The notes under the pieces were generated by a model. That model did not search any database, was not told the DNA's origin, and worked only from the letters and a program-made list of their open reading frames with translations. Below are positions 7,872 through 10,883 of a stretch of 10,883 bases of DNA, one piece after another (position 1 is the first letter of the stretch; the number at the start of each line of letters is the position of its first letter). Source of the stretch: Candidatus Iainarchaeum sp. (lineage in GTDB: Archaea; Iainarchaeota; Iainarchaeia; Iainarchaeales; JAFCCJ01); the NCBI GenBank assembly GCA_043816965.1, contig JBDRHK010000007.1, positions 1-10,883 on the forward strand, in the 5' to 3' direction. The translations under genes were made by a program, and so were the position numbers.

Positions 7872-8638
7872 ACACAAAAGAGGCAGCAGTAAACGCCGCG
7901 CTTAAAGCAGGGAAGATAATTATGGAATACTACCAAAAACCAAAAACAATTGAGCACAAGGGAATTATTGATTTGGTTACAGAGGCAGACAAGCTTTCTG
8001 AGAAGAAAATAATTTCAGAAATCAAGAAAGAATTTCCTGACCATGGTTTTGTCGGGGAAGAAGGGGAAGCAATAGAATCCAGCTCAGATTATAAATGGAT
8101 TATTGACCCAATTGATGGGACAACAAACTTTGCACACAACATACCTTTCTTCTGTGTTTCAATAGCCCTGCAGAAAAAGAATGAACTTATTTTAGGGGTA
8201 GTTTTAAATCCTGTGACCAATGATTTGTATGTTGCGGAGAAAGGGAGGTGGGCAACATTAAATAATAAAAAAATCAATGTTTCAAAAACCGACAAACTTA
8301 TTGATTCTATAATTGTTTTTGGATTTCCCTATGTCGGTGATGAGAAAATCCGCAAAATAATTGATGACCAGCATAAACTCCACGGTAAAATTCAGGCAGG
8401 CAGGAGGTTTGGCGCCGCGGCCCTTGACCTGTGTTATGTTGCCTCTGGTTTGGCAGAGGGATTTTATGAATACTCCCTTAAACCATGGGATGTTGCCGCT
8501 GGCTCCCTGATTGTGAAAGAGGCAGGGGGAAAGGTTACTGATTTTAGGGGAGATTCAAAAGAAATCGCAACCGATATTGTGGCCTCCAATGGGAAAATCC
8601 ACGGGCAATTGATGGAATTAATTGGTGAGAGGGAATGA
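7868..8638 (+). CDS. suhB: Inositol monophosphatase family protein (SuhB-like)
   Basis: DLVTEAD, GEEG, WIIDPIDGTTNFAH, GAAALDLCYVASG and PWDVAAG motifs; ATGA overlap with gatA. Confidence 0.93.
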   Translation: MNTKEAAVNAALKAGKIIMEYYQKPKTIEHKGIIDLVTEADKLSEKKIISEIKKEFPDHGFVGEEGEAIESSSDYKWIIDPIDGTTNFAHNIPFFCVSIALQKKNELILGVVLNPVTNDLYVAEKGRWATLNNKKINVSKTDKLIDSIIVFGFPYVGDEKIRKIIDDQHKLHGKIQAGRRFGAAALDLCYVASGLAEGFYEYSLKPWDVAAGSLIVKEAGGKVTDFRGDSKEIATDIVASNGKIHGQLMELIGERE

Positions 8639-9126
8639 GTAAGACCAAAAGAGCGCTAGGCTCAATTTTAAAACGTATTAGTAAAAAATTGCCTGAATCT
8701 AGTAGAATGCGAAATATAATTGATGACAGGAGATACATGTCTTCAAAAGAAATTGGAGACTCCCATTTTGTAAATTTGTTTTTACCTGAGAATGCAGGTT
8801 TAATGTTAAAGGTACAAAGAGAAATATTTAGCAAAGGTGGTTATTCATTCGAACAATTAGAGAAAGACCATCCAGAACTTGTTCAAAGGGCAACTGAGTT
8901 AGTGGCTAAATATTATATCGAGGGTGGGCGTAAATCACACGAAATTATTGAAGAAATGCAAAAAGAGGGAACTTCTCAGAATAGGAAGTCAGAATTAAAT
9001 AATGAATATCGCGAGGAATTCAATAGATTTATGGAGGAGTATCATAGGGCGCCAAGCCCCACATTATATGAATTATATTTGATATTAAGGAAGAAAGGGT
9101 TGAAAAATAAACCCATAATAGGGTAG
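8635..9126 (+). CDS. Hypothetical protein, 163 aa, charged and probably helical
   Basis: ATGA overlap with the upstream gene, preceded by GGTGAGAGGGA; no recognised motif. Confidence 0.7.
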   Translation: MSKTKRALGSILKRISKKLPESSRMRNIIDDRRYMSSKEIGDSHFVNLFLPENAGLMLKVQREIFSKGGYSFEQLEKDHPELVQRATELVAKYYIEGGRKSHEIIEEMQKEGTSQNRKSELNNEYREEFNRFMEEYHRAPSPTLYELYLILRKKGLKNKPIIG

Positions 9127-9127
9127 A

Positions 9128-9134
9128 TTTTTTT
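9128..9134 (+). terminator. Possible archaeal oligo(T) terminator
   Basis: T7 run starting 2 nt after the TAG at 9126. Confidence 0.35.
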
Positions 9135-9153
9135 GAGGTAATTGGTGAGAAAG

Positions 9154-9759
9154 ATGGGCCTTAGTGGTTGGATAGTTTGTCTAATTTCAAACTTTTTGAG
9201 TTGGTTAGTTAACATAGCAATAAATTTCTTCAATATACTAAAGAACCCTAAAGAAATGGCTAATTTGATAATACAATTTATTTTATTGGGCATAATCCTG
9301 TCAATAATTACCAGCACAGTAATTATTCCTGCGTTAACTCCAAAAACTAATATTGATGTTTACATAGATAAACAAAAAGACGAGTTTATTTCAGTAACTT
9401 TTTACAACAATGCTGATTTTGCAGGGGATGATTTTAAAATAGAATTTGATGGCTTAAATTACACATATTATTCATATGACGCATTTTCGCCAGCCACTCT
9501 TTGTAAAACAGATATGTTGAAAGCTAGTAAGACTCAGGAGTTCCTTATTGGTTTCCAAGTTCAATGTAACTACATTCCTCCAAAATCAAAAATAGTTCTT
9601 AAGTTCATACCACAAAAAATAATGTGGAACGTAGAAGAGCATCCAGATCGTGAAAACTTTTTCCATATAAATTATTGGAGTAAAACAACCCCTCAAACTA
9701 AACTGATTTGCAATAATGTGACTTTTGAATGTACTCAGAATCAATTTGATGCGAATTAG
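9154..9759 (+). CDS. Hypothetical membrane-anchored protein (start ATG 9154 or TTG 9142)
   Basis: Hydrophobic segments (WIVCLISNFLSWLVNIAINFF; LIIQFILLGIILSIITSTVIIPAL) precede a beta-like Cys-containing domain. GGTGA lies before ATG 9154. AT-rich (17/60 G+C counted at 9241-9300). Confidence 0.7.
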   Translation: MGLSGWIVCLISNFLSWLVNIAINFFNILKNPKEMANLIIQFILLGIILSIITSTVIIPALTPKTNIDVYIDKQKDEFISVTFYNNADFAGDDFKIEFDGLNYTYYSYDAFSPATLCKTDMLKASKTQEFLIGFQVQCNYIPPKSKIVLKFIPQKIMWNVEEHPDRENFFHINYWSKTTPQTKLICNNVTFECTQNQFDAN

Positions 9760-9770
9760 ATTTTCCCCCC

Positions 9771-9920
9771 ACCACCTCCAATCTTCGAATTTTTTCCTAC
9801 GACTGGGTGTTTCTCGGCTTAAATCTTTGCACGCCTAAATTCAGCCTACTGGTACAAAGAATTTAATGCCTCCAAACACCCTAACCGTCTTCAGAAAAAA
9901 TTCACTTTTTTGGAGGTGGT
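9771..9920. repeat. ~150-nt imperfect palindrome / rod-like hairpin (candidate structured RNA or ssDNA element)
   Basis: Nested complementary blocks: 9771-9781/9910-9920 (11 bp), 9787-9796/9894-9903 (10 bp), ACG/CGT, 9805-9812/9874-9881 (8 bp), GGC/GCC, TTAAAT/ATTTAA, CTTTG/CAAAG and AC/GT, giving 48 Watson-Crick pairs by hand. Confidence 0.9.
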
Positions 9921-9927
9921 TCGGTTG

Positions 9928-10062
9928 ATGAAAAATCAACTCAATATTCAACTTCCCACAAGGGAAGAGATTAGAATGGCTGAGGAATTGGCCCAAACAG
10001 ATCCAGAGAACTTAACAGATAGGGAACTCTGGATTCTGAGAGACATCGGAGGGGATTTCTGA
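9928..10062 (+). CDS. Small acidic protein or leader peptide, 44 aa (below the ORF-track cutoff)
   Basis: Strong SD GGAGGTG at 9912-9918; MKNQLNIQLPTREEIRMAEELAQTDPENLTDRELWILRDIGGDF*. Confidence 0.6.
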   Translation: MKNQLNIQLPTREEIRMAEELAQTDPENLTDRELWILRDIGGDF

Positions 10063-10082
10063 TGTTTCTCTTTTTCTTTTTT
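10038..10082 (+). terminator. Terminator-like hairpin plus T tract, overlapping the junction of the two small ORFs
   Basis: GAGAGACATCGGAG (10038-10051) pairs with TTCTGATGTTTCTC (10057-10070): 14 bp with three G-U pairs on the + strand. It is followed by TTTTTCTTTTTT. Confidence 0.5.
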
Positions 10083-10214
10083 GTCATCAATTACTTCTGC
10101 TTTGTTTCCGTGCTTCTTCTATTCACTTATGGATTCAAAGAACAATCCTACAAATTAGCGAAGTATCTGCTTGCGTTCTTTCTTGGAATGCTCGCTATGG
10201 AGTTGATTCTGTGA
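10062..10214 (+). CDS. Small hydrophobic peptide, 50 aa, two predicted membrane helices
   Basis: TGATG overlap with the 44-aa ORF and GGAGGGG at 10048-10054; MFLFFFFVINYFCFVSVLLLFTYGFKEQSYKLAKYLLAFFLGMLAMELIL*. Confidence 0.5.
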   Translation: MFLFFFFVINYFCFVSVLLLFTYGFKEQSYKLAKYLLAFFLGMLAMELIL

Positions 10215-10273
10215 GTTCTGGCACCGGAAGCCTACCCCCGAAACGAAATAAAAACGCGGAAAACTCATTTATT

Positions 10274-10485
10274 ATGAATAATATGGATTTGGATTATTTG
10301 CAAGACAAGATTAAAAAGAACCCAGTAAGCCCCATTGACTTTCATTCCTTTTCATTTCTAATGAAAGACTTGAACTTAATTGAGGGCAAAGAAGCAATCA
10401 CTTTCCTATACTCCTTATACTGTTTATTTACAAAGAAGAAGATTGAAGGAATCAATAAGGGTTTTGTTTACCATTTCGCAAAAGA
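10274..10485 (+). pseudogene. Hypothetical gene interrupted by the IS66 element
   Basis: The frame from ATG 10274/10283 (MNNMDLDYLQDKIKK...GFVYHFAKE) has no stop before the IS terminus at 10486. The last residues of track ORF 10211-10528 are read-through into the IS. Confidence 0.55.
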
Positions 10486-10497
10486 GTATCTGCTAAC
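10486..10497 (+). repeat. IS terminal inverted repeat (IRR), GTATCTGCTAAC
   Basis: Exact inverted match to 294-305; contains the transposase TAG stop. Confidence 0.9.
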
Positions 10498-10883
10498 AAC
10501 TTATGGCTGTTTTGAGGGTCTGGAATAGGGGTTTTTCTTGTTGTTTCCAGGTGGCAAGCATCGTGTTCACGATGCCCATTGTGTCCGCCCCGTGCTCCGC
10601 CCGCAGCCCGCCTATTATTTTGCGCTGAACTATCAGCTCGCGGAGTGCGCGTTCCGCCCTGTTGTTTGTTGGCTCAACAAATAAGTGTTCAATGCAGGTA
10701 AACCATGCATTCAAGCCGTTGCCTAGTTTGATTGCAAGCCCTCTGAACAGATTGTGCGATTCAAGCACATCAATGAGTTCCTGCATACGCTGTTCAAGGC
10801 CTTGTTTGAGTTGCAGCCGCTTTTTTAATGGCGGCGGTTTTTGCTGAATGCGTTTTATCTGCGAGAACATGCGCTTGAGTTTT
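10493..10883 (-). CDS. IS66-family transposase, C-terminal fragment (partial, open beyond the window end)
   Basis: VEPTNNRAERALRELIVQRKIIGGLR...TMLATWKQQ is the IS66 DDE C-terminal PxNNxAERxLR motif. The frame stays open upstream of Met 10870 (KLKR). Confidence 0.93.
   Translation of the reverse strand, partial: KLKRMFSQIKRIQQKPPPLKKRLQLKQGLEQRMQELIDVLESHNLFRGLAIKLGNGLNAWFTCIEHLFVEPTNNRAERALRELIVQRKIIGGLRAEHGADTMGIVNTMLATWKQQEKPLFQTLKTAISC

Larger units (their letters stand above)
10486..10883 (-). mobile_element. IS66-family insertion sequence, right end; runs off the window
   Basis: Terminal repeat at 10486-10497, transposase C-terminus, and high GC (37/60 at 10561-10620). Confidence 0.92.

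Noticed and set aside
9771..9930. Palindrome as an integron attC site, MITE or CRISPR repeat
   Set aside because: No RYYYAAC...GTTRRRY pair at its ends and no integrase; pairing runs through the whole length with no clear target duplication; single copy with no spacers.
10163..10171. GTATCTGCT, a 9-nt match to the IS terminal repeat
   Set aside because: Short, inside the small membrane ORF, with no adjoining IS sequence; plausibly chance.
9760..10270. SRP RNA, RNase P RNA, tRNA, retron or DGR element
   Set aside because: No SRP helix-8 motif, no RNase P CR-I/CR-V match, no cloverleaf, and no reverse transcriptase or adenine-variant repeat pair seen. An Rfam scan would be decisive.
306..10485. 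Window as a circular element opened within one IS copy
   Set aside because: The flanks (GCAAAAGA and AAAAAAAG) are not a target-site duplication, and the cut gene's frame stops within a few codons if joined to the sequence at 306.
10662..10847. + strand 61-aa ORF
   Set aside because: Antisense shadow of the transposase C-terminus.

Overview
Probably a small-genome archaeal (DPANN-like, possibly Diapherotrites/Iainarchaeota) chromosomal segment; the host assignment is inference from gene style only. Both ends of the window lie inside a single-ORF IS66-family element on the minus strand. The transposase N-terminus and one terminal repeat lie at 1-305, and the other terminal repeat and the transposase C-terminus lie at 10486-10883. 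Both ends share the 12-bp terminal inverted repeat GTATCTGCTAAC. Between them, all on the + strand, are: a 1312-aa mosaic surface lipoprotein (Cys-rich repeats, dockerin-like modules, three S-layer-like repeats); a bacterial-type non-discriminating aspS, gatC, gatA (no gatB) and an inositol monophosphatase; and two AT-rich hypothetical genes. The most unusual region is 9771-10214, which the ORF track misses. It holds a ~150-nt rod-like imperfect hairpin that pairs with a Shine-Dalgarno sequence, a 44-aa ORF, a terminator-like hairpin, and a translationally coupled 50-aa two-helix membrane peptide. A further gene is cut by the right-hand IS.
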